64,000 nucleotides of DNA from Basidiobolus meristosporus CBS 931.73 (taxonomy: Eukaryota > Fungi > Basidiobolomycota). A program made the translations under genes and the position numbers. Where the stretch lies: contig MCFE01000430.1 in assembly GCA_002104905.1 (NCBI GenBank), positions 12,275 through 76,274 on the forward strand, in the 5' to 3' direction. The notes under the pieces were generated by a model. The model was given only the letters and a program-made list of their open reading frames with translations, ran no database searches and was not told the origin of the DNA. Below, in pieces: positions 63,201 through 64,000 of the stretch; within the stretch, counting starts at the first letter, position 1, and each line of letters opens with the position of its first letter.

Positions 63201-64000
63201 ACCCCCACAAATCTAACACAAGCTCGTGGCTTTGTGGCAGCTTGTGGGTTCTTTAGGATCTGGATCCCAAGATTTTCTGAGATAGCAGAACCAATCTACC
63301 GACTACAGAGAAAGAATACCCCATTTATCTGGGGAGAAGAGCAAGAAGAAGCCATGCAATTACTGAAAGAGGCCTTAGTATCTCCACCAGTTCTAAGACC
63401 TCTTGACTATCAAAACACTGAATGCCCACCTATTTTGACAGTGGATGCAAGCCCCATAGGAGCTGGAGCACTACTTGGACAAGATGATGAAGATGGCAAC
63501 CGCTATGCCTGCAGATATGAGAGCTGCCTATTCTCTCCTAGAGAACAAAGATACTCACAGATTAAGAGAGAACTACTAGGAGTTGTGAAGATGCTGAGGA
63601 AACTGAAGTCACAACTCTACATGACACATTTTATCCTGGAGACAGATGCCAAGCCACTTATAGGAATGATCAACAAGCCTGACCTACCTGATGATGCCAC
63701 AAACCGATGGATGGCATGGCTGAAAATGTTTGACTTTGAGGTCAAACATATCCCTGGCAAGACAAATGTTGTGGCTGATGCACTCTCCAGGAAGGGACCA
63801 CAATTATTTGAAGACTTGGACCCTCACTTTGATGATATTATTGATGCAGAGATCCGACAGATTGCCATCAAAGACCAAGAGAGAACTACCTGGAGTCTGA
63901 TCAAGGAATATCTAAGGACACTTAAGAAACCTAGTTGGATGGATATTCAGGAGTTTAGAAAACTCAGGAAGAAGGCACACCACTACTATCTTAAAGATGA
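60300..64000 (+). CDS. Gypsy Gag-Pol polyprotein, >1233 aa, 3'-partial (absent from the ORF track)
   Basis: Hand translation from ATG 60300 meets no stop: CIWCDSTQHARREC knuckle; HIDSGSE protease; RT RWFVTKKKNGKLRFIQD, YDLYSGYDQ, FVDD; RNase H VDASPIG, RYSQIKRELLG, VADALSR. Confidence 0.93.
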   Translation, partial: MNSMPLPLSHGAPQFDGKNVESFIFKWEKLCKMCSLSEQEMAEDFPYYCTDDITTKLLRQGDILTDWALMKTYLQTEYGRPQIYYGIEDLRHFGRTGLSKLPLEELIQQYEDMAKPLLESQAITEFTMTLYLAQGLPQDLARKVDLHAAKDDKSGIPCFAEMKRVLLEAKQTSTFMRLLTSNLPDQSTKEPRSAAADNQTYTTDRIDQLAEQLQKLALKINGSAEVPTEGQRPLPRHCIWCDSTQHARRECSELSQLLREGAVQFDADGMLADKEGRRIPTNFRRGGMRALFQKSDSATRKITVDAPIGTHKVNSSSSDNRQYEVDAFATKRHLPEEPAKPILRRPRFEEPEVVIDKRPSMLPTQDPLPHFQMTSKITSYSSPQLITEKLLKQNLTLSVGEIMSVSPSVRKTFDEQLRTRRQAVEHMDTHIIHTNHEDHQKDDNTTEYKTFYSVATAVVKGYIYDDPVDCHIDSGSEICVMPLDFWKTLRSKELLPVDRDIGWNMTDANSGSSPLYGVVHKFPIEVQGIKVWLPLFICQKANFDLLLGRPWETSTKATTTNYSDGSVWYTIQGSNPGLQSTFCGVTPNNKRTHTACQKTHLVMEEDEEPDNIHPNIWSCSLGIQEQTAMVRTKYKTVEQKIRPSLTPLTDGSRPADYIRPPEETPDDTRLTPERLKQLIIGDGNLTPEEILLFKETLKRHDKVFSYNDKEMGLLKTSVEKPIKIHTVPHTPWSFKPYPLPRGLQADVHDLLKKKIEAGILEPCHGPYANRWFVTKKKNGKLRFIQDMQPANAVTIRDAAIPPSIDDFAESFSGHSIYSTYDLYSGYDQIPLDETSRDMFALQTPFGLLRMTRLSQGATNSVAQFQRCMVNVLYQFIPEKLAVFVDDIGIKGSKFRDTTEVMPGVRKFVYDHIADNDAILGAIEEAGLTISGEKSSFGVSEISIVGQKCNTFGRSPGDSKTQKICNWPTPTNLTQARGFVAACGFFRIWIPRFSEIAEPIYRLQRKNTPFIWGEEQEEAMQLLKEALVSPPVLRPLDYQNTECPPILTVDASPIGAGALLGQDDEDGNRYACRYESCLFSPREQRYSQIKRELLGVVKMLRKLKSQLYMTHFILETDAKPLIGMINKPDLPDDATNRWMAWLKMFDFEVKHIPGKTNVVADALSRKGPQLFEDLDPHFDDIIDAEIRQIAIKDQERTTWSLIKEYLRTLKKPSWMDIQEFRKLRKKAHHYYLKD

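Larger units (their letters stand above)
59088..64000 (+). mobile_element. Young Gypsy family A element (5' LTR 59088-60159), running off the window
   Basis: TGTAGTGGGG...CACCACA LTR of 1072 bp; PBS; open gag-pol frame. Confidence 0.95.

Noticed and set aside
1-64000. Host protein-coding genes, tRNA/rRNA genes, env-like or viral ORFs
   Set aside because: No ORF or fold outside the TE-derived sequence supports them. The tRNA-like matches are only PBS sequences.

Overview
Eukaryotic (most likely fungal; inferred from the transposon types) 64-kb block made almost entirely of nested transposable elements. I found no host gene, RNA gene or CRISPR array. Components: (i) Copia family 1 (369-bp LTRs), with one copy carrying an intact 1305-aa ORF (24592-29277), a Copia-in-Copia nest (32722-41985) and a truncated relative; (ii) relics of other Copia families; (iii) at least three Gypsy families, including a young copy whose gag-pol ORF starts at 60300, stays open to the window end and is missing from the ORF track; (iv) many copies of a CMC/EnSpm(CACTA)-like DNA transposon with CCCTA(C/T)GA termini, in which a transposase gene and a large uncharacterised ORF are divergently arranged; (v) near-perfect palindromic foldback elements (AGAC...GTCT ends, 3-bp ANT target duplications, Pangu/PHIS-like). 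Most insertions can be ordered by their target-site duplications (TSDs). Old copies show CpG decay. The most notable observations are the reconstructed two-gene CMC element, the CpG-centred target sites of one Gypsy lineage, and arm-to-arm homogenisation in the foldback elements. All alignments and counts were done by eye; no database searches were run.
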